Below, piece by piece: positions 37,490 through 49,496 of a stretch of DNA of 64,000 nucleotides. The DNA lies in NCBI GenBank assembly GCA_905178155.1, contig CAJINV010000002.1, positions 7,594,743 to 7,658,742 on the forward strand, in the 5' to 3' direction. The position numbers and the translations under genes were made by a program. The DNA is from Amoebophrya sp. A120 (Eukaryota; Protista; Dinoflagellata). Numbering within the stretch: the first letter of the stretch is position 1; every line of letters begins with the position of its first letter. Under the pieces are notes generated by a model. The model did not search any database, was not told where the DNA came from, and saw only the letters and a program-made list of their open reading frames with translations.

Positions 37490-37977
37490 CGCATCATTTA
37501 CTGGGGTTGAAAAATCAGCAGGGCGCTTGAACTGCACTGCTATATCCCAAATTGAACTCGAACATCACTAGCGAGGCCAGCCTCTGATAAAAAGATGACA
37601 TCAAACGCGCTCAACATCTGCGGCGCAACCGTAGTTTCTTTCCTTCGTACTTACGAAATAGATCTTCATGTCGTCGTCGCGGCAAGGAGGGTACGAATGC
37701 AGGTTTTTGGGAATACGGATACAGTTTGTGAGGTAGAACTGAGAGTGGCCAGGGAGGAAACGTCGGGGACTCAAGAAGCTTTCTCTGGGCGTGGGAAGAG
37801 ATGAAGTAGGAAATCACAGAAGGTTTTTCTTCTTTATCTTCTACTTGGGCTTTCAATTCTTTCCAGAAATTCTTACGCTTATTCAACACATCGCCAGGGG
37901 GCTCTTCGTCTTGGTGTTTCTGCATCTTCACTGTTCGCATGAAGAGAATATTAAACCGCGCCAGAAGTAGCCGGCCT

Positions 37978-39433
37978 TCAGCACATACTCGCTGTAGCTT
38001 CCTCGATTCTGTATTTGACCCGTGCCCGGTCCTTTTTCAGCTCGATTTTTCCGATGCTGACCTTCCCAATCTTGGCGATGGAATCCACGTGCGTGCCGCC
38101 GCAGTGGCACTCGATGCCGCAGGTGTCCACGTGTCGCACGCCAGCCTTGACGAAGGACTTGATGTTCGGATTTTCTTCCACCAGCGCCGTCTTGATCAGT
38201 TCGTTGCTCGCGTCCTCGATCTTCTGCTGGAGCCCGGCTTTGTCCTTGTTAATCTCGTCCTTCTCTTCCAGGGGGAAAACGTACTCGACGTAGGGCCCGT
38301 CAGGAAAGTGGTAACCTGCGAAAAGGAAGAGGTAAATAAGGTTAAGGAGTCGCGAGCTTATAGTTATAGAGTTTCCAGTTCTCGCAGACCAACATCATCG
38401 ATCCGTCAATGGAACAAGTAGGTCCATGACGATGAAATTGAAATTATCACTCGGTACGGAAAATTTATTGTCGTAGGTATCTGTCACATTTTCTTCTAAT
38501 GTAGTAAGTACCTTTTGCCGGTCGCCACGACTTCATCCCCACTCGCGAGACCGCGACGTCAATCAAATGGCCCGCCGTGTGGAGTCTGGCGTTCAAGAGG
38601 CGCGCTTGGCCGTCGATCTGGAACAGACAGGAGGTGCAGGATTTCCCGACCAGAGAAGTCAACAGGTCTCTCGAGGGGACGCCGGAAGATGAAGAACCGC
38701 CCGCTGCTGCAAGTTCCCCGTCGTGCCAGACGAGTCCAGTTTTCTCCTTGCAATTCCGCACCATGGAAACTGTGAACGTGAAGGTCGTGCCCGCTACACC
38801 CTCTACCTCCATTGTAATCGTGCCCACATCGGTCGGCTGTCCGCCGCCCTGCGCATGGAAAATGGATTCGGACAAAGCGATGCTGCACGACAGTGTAGAA
38901 GTGGGCGTGCCAGTCGCAGTAGTACTTGCTCCGGCTGGAAGCTGTACTCCTAAAATTTTCGCCGGGGCCGAAGAAGAATCGCTTTGGTACTCGTAAACTT
39001 CAGTCCACTTTAGGTCTTCCATGTAAAGGAGCCGCGTTTTCAGCGTCGACTCGTCCTTTTCCTCGGCCAGGAAAACTTCCGGCTGCTCCCCTGCTGGCTT
39101 TGCGGCAGGCTTGTTCTCACTCTCCGCTACGGGTGCGGCTGCAGTTGCGGGCTTGTCGCTCTTTGGCTTCTTGCCGTCGCTTTCCCCGTTTGGGGACGGT
39201 GAGGAATTCGGTTTCCGCGAACCCCCTTTTCCTGATTTCTGCTCTTGTTTCTCAGCATTGTTTCCTTTATTTTTGTCGTCGCCGGTTCCTGGCTGCTTCG
39301 ACTCCTGACACGTTGTCCGTTTGCTCTGCTGCTTTTGCTGAGAAGCCGCCCCAGGTGCTGTCCCAGGTGTCGGAGGAGGCAAGCTTTCCACCAGACCGAT
39401 AGTCTGCAAGTGGTCCTGCGTCAAGGCACCCAT
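37978..39433 (-). CDS. Alanyl-tRNA editing protein (AlaX/AlaXp family), two exons, intron 38316-38511
   Basis: IFHAQGGGQPTDVG plus the zinc-binding motifs RLHTAGHLID (HxxxH) and CGGTHV (CxxxH); canonical GT-AG intron. Confidence 0.9.
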
Positions 39434-40110
39434 TTTGACAAAATTGAATTTGAAAGGTCTTACCGTCTCCCTTGCAGAACACTCTGGCTACGAGAAAGTA
39501 CTGGTTCTCCTTGAATGTTGGCGCAAGTAAGTTGTAGAGCGAATAGGAATGTAGTATCCTGCTGGGAAGATTAAAAACAGGTCGTTGTAAAGTAAAGAAT
39601 TGACTCGAAGCTGCATCAAACTAAACCGACAACACTAAAACCACACACCGGATCGTTGATTTGCATTTGATGTTTTTCCTTTTCTTCGACTTTTAAGAGT
39701 CTTGATCGCACGAGCAGAGCAGCGCCCTTGGCTTCTTCACTCAGACCGGCTACTTGCGTCAGTGGCGGCCGGGATCTCAAGAGCTATTTATCCGACAGTG
39801 ACCACAGACGGGATCATTCATTTCCATTTGTATTGCTGAGTGCGTCAGAAGAAATAATAGAGTGTTCGTGTTGCGGTTCCGGACTCGACGTAAAACGTCG
39901 AAAGGGAAAGAGGAGGGCGACATCGCAAAGACGGGGGCGCTCCGTCGTTAAAACATGACTGAAGACCTTGTCAGTCGTTCACTTACCATGTACCGAAGAT
40001 GAATAAGGCGTTTGGATTGCAAAACTCTTTCCCGTCCAGTCTCGACGGTAAAAAGCCGAGAAGTCTTTAGGCGCTTCCAAGGAATGATCACATGTTGATG
40101 CGCAAACAAA

Positions 40111-43100
40111 TCAGATCTCGAGGGGCGGAAGCGGTTTTCTGCAGGTGGGACATTCCATCTTGACAGACATCCACTGTTCTAGGCAGGCATAATGGTACCA
40201 GTGCCCGCACGGAGCACAAACTGGCACCATACTTTTCCCGCCACCACTGCTCGTAGTCGTGGTTTCATCGGGGGGCTCCACGTCCTCTGCTTGTGGAGCT
40301 GCGGGTAGGTTTGCTCCGTCGGAACTTGCCGGACCGGCGGGGCGGTCCAGTGCAGGAGGTGTCGCAGAAGTGCTGCTATTTCCCTGCAGAGCCATTGCTC
40401 CAACACCTGGCGGGGCACCTGAAGACATACTTGCCGAGGGCGACGTCGTGTCTGCTCCTGAAGTATACGAAGAGGATCCGCCTCGTTCCGCAGTTATACT
40501 GCTCCCTCGAACAAAAATTCTGTTCGTCGCGTTCGAAATCGTGTTGAAGACCATGCTGCTGCTGGAGGGAAAAAGCGCTGCAACGCTGGCGGTCAGCTGC
40601 GACGAACTGCTGCTGCTTCCTCCTGCTCCGTAGTGTCCCGACAAAGCCCGAAAGTCCAGCCGCTCCATGCAAATCACACAATCGTAGTGCTTTTTCACAA
40701 CTCTGCTCGACGTCGTCCTGGGTCGTGCGGGGCTCGGCGTCGAGTCCAGTTCGTGCCGCTTGTTACTTTCGGCGTTGCGGCTTGGCGAAGTAGCACCACC
40801 TCCAGAACTTCTCGTTCCTCCAGAAGTTCGCTCCTCCGCCGAGATGATCGGCTGTCGTTGCTCGCGCGTGAGGGCTTTGTTCGAATCCAGTCCAGTGCGC
40901 GTTGGTGAGAAATTTTCGCCAATGTGGTCATTTGCATTGGTGAAAGCGAGAGCTTGCTCGGTTTGGGCGCGCGGCCGAGACGTGGACGAAGAGGATGTTG
41001 TTGCACCAATGCCAGCGCGTATTTGTGTTGTGCTTTCGGATGTGGATCGGGGCTTCGCGTCGCGGGAGGGCAATTGCAGAGGAGCGCCACTGTTGCTTCT
41101 GGACACAGGAACGTCCAGAACATTATCCATCTCGATTGCGACCGTGTCAGACGAGCTTCTTCCTGAAATACTTGTCGTATGTCCGACAACACTGGCCGAC
41201 ACTGGACGACGGTCGATGTCGAGTGCAGAGGTATTTGTATTTCTCGCCTCGGTCACAGCCGCTTGGTGCTCCTCGTCTCCGCCGTCCGATATTGGCACGA
41301 CATCCGGACTTTCCTCCCCACCCCCCGATGCCGTCTCCTCTTCATCCCCGACTAACGCGTCCTTGGGCGGCGCTCGGTGGTAGTTGTAGACGTGGGGCAG
41401 GCAGATCCAGGGAATGAACCACCGCGCGGACCACTTTCGTTGCGAGTAGAGAATGGACAACTGAACGACGTGCAAGAGGAGGAAGCAGGTGGACAAAAAC
41501 GGGTTCCAACTCCCCCGGCTGTAGTACTCCTTTTCCAACAGCGGAAAGTGCGCGTTCCGCGGCCACATGTCGTTCTTGTCGCAGAACCAAGCACTCAAAC
41601 CAGGCCCCACGCCGCCGATCCCGCCGTCTGCGGCCGCGAGGTAGAGCAAATCGCCGCTCAACCTCGGCAACACCTCCCCGGTGTACGCGTTGAAAGGGCA
41701 GCTGTAGGCGTAGAGGATGGGTAAAACCCGCAAGCAACTCACCCGGGACAAAAAGTTCCAATGAAACGCGTTTTTGTAGCCGTTCTTCACGTTCCAGTAG
41801 ATCTGCGGGACCCAAAACAGCTGCGCGAGCAGCAGGTAGCAATGGTAGTAGTCCGCGAACAGGGAATTGACCAGAAAAATCGTAATCAGCAGAATGGAGT
41901 AGAAGCGCCAATACAGAACCGCGATTTCGCGGCGCAACACCCGCTCCTCCTCCATCACATTCAGATTCTCCGGCTGCCGTCTCCGCCGCTCCGCCCGCCA
42001 CAAATGGAGGATCAGCCGCATCTGCATCGAGGCGAACAGGAGGAACTTGAGGAAGATCACGACGCAGAAGTTGTTGAAAACGTCCGTGTTGGAAGGCAGC
42101 CCTCGGGCGGAAAAGACCAAATACATAAAGGTCTCCACCATGGTGTGCAGTGCGAGGAAGAACAGCGTCGGCAGGTAGATCTGCTCGCTGTGCTGCAGGT
42201 TCGTTATCTGCTTCGCCCACACGGTCATCTCGATCAGGGTTAGGACGTTCAGGAATACGGACAAATTCCAACTTTTGTTCGACTGTCGGGTGCTGTCCAC
42301 TTCGCGGAGCAGAAGTTTCAGCCGGACTTGGTTTAGGTTTTCTGCTGCTGTGTCACCTTTTTCCTTAGAAGTTGTATCCGCCAGCGGTCCGGAGGGTTGG
42401 TGGGCCAGGCAGTCGTAGGAGAAAAGCTCCGCCTTGACGATTTTTTCGTCCGTTTCGCTCCCCGGCGTGTTGGCAAAGCTCGCGGCTGGCCACAGCTTCA
42501 TCTGAAAATTGCAGTCGTGCTTGTTCAGCCTCGGCGGTGCGTTACTGGCGATCGGGGTGGTGCCGTGGTCGCTGCTGGGCCGACTGAGAAAACCCCCCGA
42601 GGAGGCCGAAGACGAGGATCCGGAATCGCCAGAGCCATCGGAGGAAGATTTTTTCATGGGCTGGAAGAGCATGTGCCACAGCCAGGCGGTGAACGACGGC
42701 GGAGGATCGAGAAAGTCGATACGAGGCACCGTGCCGGAAAATAAGATGTACGGATAGGATTTGTTCTTTTCTGGACTAGTTGCACTGTCTTTCTCGTCCG
42801 CCCCGAGGACAGCGGTCTCATCTACCGTTCCGAACGCCGGCACGACTCGCCAGTCCGAGTCTTCGGTGGCGCTGCTGGTCGTAACTTTCCCATCTGCCGA
42901 GCTGATGACTTCCTTCGATGACGAATCTGGGTTCTTCGTTTCGAACTTGGCGCCTTTCAGTACCCCGGAGAGGATCAGCGTGCGTAGCGTATTTCCACTC
43001 CCGCCGTTCGTGTTCCCGTGGAGCATGAGTCGCATGTCCGCGGAGATCAAGCCTGGAAGCACCGAAGTTTTGTAAGCCACATCCATGCGCACGCTCTCGA

Positions 43101-43317
43101 CCGAGTCGAAGATGTTCTTCGAGGAGGAAGCTGAACTTCCAGATGTTGAAGACGTCGAAAGGGGATGCGGGACGCTGCTGTCGTGGTAAATGCCCCGGTA
43201 CTGCGCGCGCGGGTGAATGTGCTCCAGCGATTTCGTCTCTTTCGTGCCACCGTAGAGGAAAAAATCCAGGGCTTGCAGAATGAACAGGCAAATGAAAAAA
43301 CAGGCCAGGGCGTTCAT
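40111..43317 (-). CDS. Multi-pass transmembrane RING-H2 E3 ubiquitin ligase, Tul1/Dsc1/FLY-like
   Basis: Signal-like N-terminus, about 7 TM segments with FWVPQI and WSARWFIP...YNYH motifs, and C-terminal CVICM...PCGHWYHYACLEQWMSVKMECPTCRKPLPP. Confidence 0.88.
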   Translation of the reverse strand: MNALACFFICLFILQALDFFLYGGTKETKSLEHIHPRAQYRGIYHDSSVPHPLSTSSTSGSSASSSKNIFDSVESVRMDVAYKTSVLPGLISADMRLMLHGNTNGGSGNTLRTLILSGVLKGAKFETKNPDSSSKEVISSADGKVTTSSATEDSDWRVVPAFGTVDETAVLGADEKDSATSPEKNKSYPYILFSGTVPRIDFLDPPPSFTAWLWHMLFQPMKKSSSDGSGDSGSSSSASSGGFLSRPSSDHGTTPIASNAPPRLNKHDCNFQMKLWPAASFANTPGSETDEKIVKAELFSYDCLAHQPSGPLADTTSKEKGDTAAENLNQVRLKLLLREVDSTRQSNKSWNLSVFLNVLTLIEMTVWAKQITNLQHSEQIYLPTLFFLALHTMVETFMYLVFSARGLPSNTDVFNNFCVVIFLKFLLFASMQMRLILHLWRAERRRRQPENLNVMEEERVLRREIAVLYWRFYSILLITIFLVNSLFADYYHCYLLLAQLFWVPQIYWNVKNGYKNAFHWNFLSRVSCLRVLPILYAYSCPFNAYTGEVLPRLSGDLLYLAAADGGIGGVGPGLSAWFCDKNDMWPRNAHFPLLEKEYYSRGSWNPFLSTCFLLLHVVQLSILYSQRKWSARWFIPWICLPHVYNYHRAPPKDALVGDEEETASGGGEESPDVVPISDGGDEEHQAAVTEARNTNTSALDIDRRPVSASVVGHTTSISGRSSSDTVAIEMDNVLDVPVSRSNSGAPLQLPSRDAKPRSTSESTTQIRAGIGATTSSSSTSRPRAQTEQALAFTNANDHIGENFSPTRTGLDSNKALTREQRQPIISAEERTSGGTRSSGGGATSPSRNAESNKRHELDSTPSPARPRTTSSRVVKKHYDCVICMERLDFRALSGHYGAGGSSSSSSQLTASVAALFPSSSSMVFNTISNATNRIFVRGSSITAERGGSSSYTSGADTTSPSASMSSGAPPGVGAMALQGNSSTSATPPALDRPAGPASSDGANLPAAPQAEDVEPPDETTTTSSGGGKSMVPVCAPCGHWYHYACLEQWMSVKMECPTCRKPLPPLEI

Positions 43318-44222
43318 CGTCGGCGAGGCTATGTTGTAGTTTGGTGAAACCTTTACACAGACCTGATAGTCAACTCAGCACAACAGAGGAAAAATTAAAG
43401 AAGAGGCAGCTGGTCTAGTTGTACATCAAATCCTTTCAAAATCGGGAACGGAAGTTTTGAAGGGATCGCCGCGCTGCGGAAATCTTTCATGCATGCTACA
43501 TCACTCCCTGTCGTCTTCGAGTCGTCAACATGGGGTGCAACCTTTTCCTTTCCGAGCCGATTTTTTCTGCGTGTGACGCGAACAACAAACTACTTCGTGC
43601 TTTCCTTTGAAGCAGAACTCGCGAGTAAAGAAAAAGCTGTTTGTTGAACCGTTACTGTTCATAGGCGGAAAAACACATAAAATTGTATGCAAAAACTTCA
43701 ACTTGTTCTTGCGACAGCATTATGTCTTGGCGTGGTCCTTCTAAAAACGGGTGCGTGTGCCAAAGGAATTGTACAATATGTTGCACCTGCGCTTTCGACT
43801 ATGTATCTCCATCAGTGAAAAAAAACCGACAGAAGTTTGAGTTCTTTTCTGAAACGATTCATACAACGAACGGACGGAGGGCACTAGGCAACGCCCCATT
43901 CAAAAAAATACAGTAGTACCGCACTTAGATCAAAACTCTTCAAAAGTTTCTTACAGATCACACAGCCACAGCAGCCACGACGGGCCCGCGTGCTTGTGAT
44001 CAACTTGAACTTTCTCGTATGACTGACTAAGCTAACTTACCATAAATTGTGATTGTAGCTGCACGTTGTTATTCACTTTAGCTTCTTATTGACGCCAGGC
44101 TTTTAGTTCTAGAATAAAAGTTCCCTCCGGAATTCATGTATTAGTTGTGCACCCACCGACCCGCCGCCAGCGTGCTGGTGCTCCGGTTCAGCAGCTAAAA
44201 CGCGCCACCTGCTTCCGCCGCT

Positions 44223-47200
44223 TCACCGCCCGAACTTTCGCTTGGCGCCGTAGCACAGGGCCAGTTTTTCCGGACGCACGATGTGGGGCCATTTCTCCTT
44301 CAGGTAATCCATGAGCTCTTCTTCCGCGTTGTGCAGGATTCCAATCTCGTACACGTTCCAGCCCTGCTTCGTCTCCTGCTGCAAGACTTCCTCCCGAAAC
44401 TCGTCCCCGTCTTCGTATTGCAGGCGAATGGAGAGCAGAGTCACGGTCTCTCCGGACGACGCGGCAACGTGCGCCATCAACGGGTTCCAACCGTTCCGGT
44501 CCTGGATGGACACGTCCCCATGCGATTTCACCAACAGCTGCGTAATTTCGATCGCGGTGTCGACCCTGGGCGGTAGTGTTTGGTTCAAGAATAATATGGT
44601 TTTCATTTCATACTAGTGTCAAAAAGTGTGTCCGAAAAATTGCGGTCGTCTTGAACATCATGCGGTCACTGCTGCAATTATTTAGAGACAAATTTTTGGA
44701 AGCGTACAACTCGAAGTTGTTCGACTTGTAGAACATTTACAAATACATAGAAGCGAACAAGAACAAGCAGCCCCGCTACAAAAAATTACTGCAAGCTCGT
44801 GGGTTCCGCGGCCGTTGCGATGAGGTGCAGCAAGGTTCGGTTGTTGTACTCGGGGTACTGGTGATTGATCAAATCCACCCGCAAACACGCGGCATGCTGT
44901 CGGAAAGTGACAAAGTCGCACTTCAACACCGTCTGCAGTGCCGCCTTCTGGTAGTGCTCTTTCACCTTCGGGATGTGGTCGGTCAGCAACCGGATCGCCG
45001 CGTTGGACTTCGCGCCGTACGGCGAAAGTTTTGCGAGCTCCTCCTGCTCCTTCTCTTGCCGTCTCCGTTTTCGCTCCTGCTTCTCGTCGTCGTCCTCCTC
45101 CGGACCGGAGGTTTTTGACCCAGCGCCGTCGTCTTTGGAGCCTGCCTTGGAACTCGTCTGATCCTCGTCCTCGTCGGATTCGTTCAACAGAACTAGGTTG
45201 ATACTTTTGTACAGGGACAATAACGCCGACCGTCCCTCGTCGTTGTTGTTCAAATGCACGCCACAGAGCACCGGGGTCAGCACGACCTTAAACTGCTCGT
45301 CGTGCTTGTTCCGCGACGATTCGGAGGAATTTTCCGTGGCTTCGCGGTTCTCCTTGGGCTTTGGCGGGACGTACTCGGCCAGTCGCATGTAAAAAATCGG
45401 CTGTCCGGAGAACTTCCGGTTGTACGCACGCATGGTGTAACGCACACTGTCGGTGTATCCAGGAAAAAACACCCATCCCCATCCAATTTGTCATGCAAAA
45501 CGTGCATAAATTCCACTATTTTTCATGCAAAAAATGGATGGGGATGGGTGTTTTTTCCTGGATACGGTGGTGTACGCCTGGAGCCGCCCCAGGTCGCGGC
45601 AGACGAGGTGCGACGAGTCCGGAGAGTCGTAAAACTGGAGAGAGGATAAAAATAAAAAACGTTGAGCAGTGCATATCAAAAATAGAAAAGCGATCTATGG
45701 TATGATCATCATCATGTGCCTTTAGATGTTGAACAAAACCGCTAAGTAATTGTCACGACTAGCCCACACGTACCTTTTTCAATCTCTGCCTGGACCACGG
45801 TATGACGGATTCTTTGATCCCCTTCTCCTCCTCTTCTTCCGCTCCCTTCTCTTCCTCCGCTCCGGATTTGAGCAAATCCGCAATCAAGTCGCCGGATTTC
45901 TCCGAACCGCCATCTCCCTTGTTTTCCTCCTCTTCTTCCTCCAAATCTGCGGGGTCTTCCACCGTCTCGTCAGGAATGGTTTCTGACAGTATGTAGTCCG
46001 CCAACTCCTCCGGCGTGAGTTCTTCTTCGATAAAGTGCTGGGTCTGCTTCTCCTCTCCATTGCCACCTGCGGTCGTCCCATTGCCTCCAGCAGCTCCATT
46101 TTCAACGGAGCTGGCCGGGCTGGCGGACGCGATGACCGGGCTTGAGATATTGAGCGTGACTTTCGCCGGCGCACTGGTTCCCGTCCCGTCGTCCAGCATG
46201 GAAGCGAGCGCTTGCTGCTCTTCGGACATGTTTTTGTCGAAGTTTTTGTCCTCCACGGTCCGCGTCACGCGATCCGGGTCCCACCGCACGTCCAGCATCA
46301 ACAAGCTATCCTGTGCAAAAGTATCGTACTCGTACTCATTGCAAATATGCATGACAAATGTTTTTCCGAAGCAGCAGCAGGGAAAACAGCATTACAAATT
46401 CCACTTCCCCTCTTGCCAGCAAAATTTGTGATGCAATTTATACTAGTACGATGCTTTTGCAATGCATACAAGTTCTCCGCGAACAACTTCGCGCACACCT
46501 GCTTCGGGTCCCATATCAAGTGCAAAAATGTCTGGGTCTGGAAGGTTGCAACTTGTGATGCTGTCTTTGGAAGGTAGGAGAAATCTGTATTGCATGACCA
46601 GCAAGAGGAGTTCAGTTTGTGCTACGCGCCGGAGTGGGCGTCTCGCATGCGGAATACGCATCAGAAGGCCCTTTAAAAATCTGTGATGCTAGGCCATGCA
46701 TTACAGGCAGTATGGGTTATGCAAAATATGCATGACAACCCTGGCAATCTTCAAGACCCAGACATTTTTACATTTGATATCCCGGGGCGGGGGATTGAAG
46801 TAGGCCGCGGGCAGGCCGGTTTTCTCGAACTGTTTCCGGGCCTCCTCGCTATCCGGCGGTGGGACGGCGTTTGGAAAGTAGAAGTCGAAGGGCTCGAGCG
46901 GCACCGCGAAATTGCTCGCGGGAACGGAATATGAACTGCAAAAGTATCGTAGTCGTATAAATGCATTACAAATTTCCTCAGCATGAGACATAAAATTTGT
47001 AATGCGGGTTTGCTTGTAATGCATGATTGCAATACGAGTACGATGCTTTTGCACAGAATACGGAAAACTCCCGCTCGCTGGCGTTCACACAGTAATCGCT
47101 GACCCGGGTCAGCGACAGGTTCGTCATGCGGTCGACCATGAAAGTTTCCCCAATGCAGTTGAACTCGAAGTTGTACCGTCCGGCCGTTTGGAGCGAGGAA

Positions 47201-49496
47201 GGACCTTTTATTTATATTTGGTGTTGATATCGACTTTCTGGATTTCAACTCATTGCGTTGCTCTGCAGCGTACTTTTACGACCTCGCCCGCTAGCTCTCT
47301 ATCTCGTTTCGGTTTCCTGGATCATGAAACAAGGATTAACGAGGAGGAGGAGGACGGAGGTGGGCGGAATCGGAAAATAAACTCTTATCTTGTCGTTGAA
47401 ATAGATCTTCACGTTTCCTAGCTTCTAATATAAAAGCCTTACCACCGCGCAGCTTGACGATGCACTTGATTTTTTTCGCCTGTCGGTCGTTTATGATCGT
47501 GTGCGCAGAGGACAACACGTACACGTTGTCCGGATCGCAGGGGCAGTAGACCAGCGTCCCCACGCCGATGAGTTCGGTCTGCGCGTGGTTCGTCAACAGG
47601 GCCACCGCGGCGAAGGCCCGGTTGATCTCGCGCGCCTTCATCCTTACCGGCAACTGGTTCCGCGGATCCACGAAACTCCGGTCGTGCCAGGGCGTTTCGT
47701 TGATGCCCTGCACCCCCTCCAATTTCCGCCGCGTTTTCTTCTTGAGCCGACCGCTATGGCGTTCTCAAACGTTACATTATCAACTGTTACGATGAATTTC
47801 TCATGCAAAAGTGCCTGCAGCCGGCAGATGATCGAGCTGCTGCGCATGACAAACTTCGGAAGAGCTAAACAGCATCTAAATCTTCTGCGCCAAACTTGTA
47901 ATGCAAAAGGCGCAATCTTCCTCCTGTCACTTTTGCCATTCTTGCATCACAAATTCATGTAACAGTTGAGAATGTAACGTCTGAGAACCCCATAACCGTA
48001 CTGGTCAAACTCGGGCTCCGCGTCCGCCTGCTCCATATCCTGTGCAAAAGAAGTATCGCACTCGTAGTCGTACTAATTGCAGTATATGCATGACAAATCT
48101 TCTTTTCAAAGTAAAACAGCATGACAAATTCCATTTCTCAACATGCTGAGCAAATTTGTAATGCAATTTGTACTAGTACGATACTTTAACTTTTGCAGTT
48201 CATACTCCATCTCCGCCTGCCATTGCGCCATGCGCTTCATCTCCTCCTTCTTCGCCGCTTTCTCTGCCTCTTCCTGCTCAATCGCGAACTTCGAACCGAG
48301 AATCTCGGTGTTGTTCTTCGCATCCAGGTCGTAGTCCTTTTTCCAGTTTAACGACTTGTTGACTTCCGGCTCTTTTTCAACGTTTTCGTCCTCGTCGCTG
48401 CTGAACTCCGGCTTCGGTTTATTTGGCTTGAATCCGAATCCGTCGTCGACTTCTTTGTGACGTCGTGCATTTTCGTCTTCTTCGCCGGACGAGGTACCGA
48501 TTTGGAACAGTTGCTGGATTTGCGCGCCCAAAACGTGCTCGGCAAAGTCGTTGCCGCTCGTGTTCGAAACGTTCGCGTTGAACACGTTGTCCACGGCGTT
48601 TTCGTACACATTTGTCAACTATCAAATGCAAAAATGTCTGGGTCTGGCAGAGTCATGCTGTTTTTGCATGACACAGAAGGTCTGGCATGAGAGCTCTAGC
48701 ATCATAGGTTTCGAGAAGCTTCCGCAATGCCGAACCCGCATGAGAAGTCCCCTACTTTGGTGACAGAAAGTGGGCAGCTTTTGCTGCCCATGCATGAGAG
48801 ACTTTTCTGCGTTTCAAAATACGCATCAGAAGTTCGGATCCTTCCAGACCCAGACACTTTTGCATTTGATATCAACCTGGCGATCTCCTGGTCTGCGTCC
48901 TGATCGAGGGTGGAGAGCGGCCCCATCATCTCCACGGCCTTTTCGAACTGGCCCTGGAGGACATTGTCAATGAACTCATCATCCACCTGGTACATCCTCT
49001 TCTTCGCCTCATCGATCGCCGCCTGCGTCTCAGCGGACACAATCACCTTCTCGCGCGGCTTGTGCTTGTCAACGTCGGCGTCGTCGTTTTTCGGGTCATT
49101 ACTTTCATCCTTAGCCGCCGCGGCAGTGCCGAGCGCGGCTCCTGGGGTGGCGTTCCCTTCGCCGTCGCCCTCTGGTGCTGGCGCACCATTGGGGTCTTCT
49201 GCATTCGGGAGCGGAGCTTGTTCTGCGTCTCCTGGTGAAGACTCTGGCGCAGTTTTTTCCCCTTCTGCTGCACCACCCTCATCCGGGGCGGCTTCGTTTG
49301 TCGCCGCATCTGCGTTTTGCGTTTCTGGTGCAGCAGTTGTAGCACCACCGCCAAGAACTCCTGCATCATCTGGTGGTGATGCTGCTTGATCAGCACCAAC
49401 ATCATCCGCAGCTGGGACAGCTGCTGGCGCTGCTGATGCATCTTCCGCTTTTTCTTCGTCACCGCCCTCGTCAGCGCCAGCTTGCTCCTCCGACAT
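44223..49496 (-). CDS. Multi-exon acidic protein with trypsin-like (PA clan) domain and C-terminal ankyrin-like repeats
   Basis: About 11 exons join in frame after removing seven introners and three other introns. Motifs VLSSAHTI, FSGQPIF, VLCGVH; ankyrin-like RTLLHLIA and QDRNGWNPLMAHVAA. Confidence 0.7.
45456..45564. mobile_element. Introner, family E (109 bp, almost wholly palindromic)
   Basis: tatccaggaaaaaacacccatccccatcca / tggatggggatgggtgttttttcctggata; perfect TSD cggtg; excision restores AYTTDSVRY. Confidence 0.93.
46307..46468. mobile_element. Introner, family B; predicted canonical GT-AG intron 46306-46469
   Basis: tatcctgtgcaaaagtatcgtac...gtacgatgcttttgcaatgcata; flanks caagc/caagt. 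Confidence 0.9.
46514..46779. mobile_element. Introner, family A2
   Basis: tatcaagtgcaaaaatgtctgggtct...agacccagacatttttacatttgata; flanks tccca/tcccg; homologous to 3403. Confidence 0.92.
46930..47060. mobile_element. Introner, family B
   Basis: tatgaactgcaaaagtatcgta...tacgatgcttttgcacagaata; perfect TSD cggaa. Confidence 0.92.
47755..47994. mobile_element. Introner, family C; possible canonical GT-AG intron 47754-48001
   Basis: Homologous to 31191; flanks accgc/accgt. Confidence 0.9.
48036..48204. mobile_element. Introner, family B
   Basis: tatcctgtgcaaaag...cttttgcagttcata; perfect TSD ctcca. Confidence 0.92.
48620..48871. mobile_element. Introner, family A2-like, in reverse orientation relative to 3403 and 46514
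   Basis: Family A TIRs; perfect TSD tcaac; right half matches the reverse complement of the left half of 3403/46514. Confidence 0.92.
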
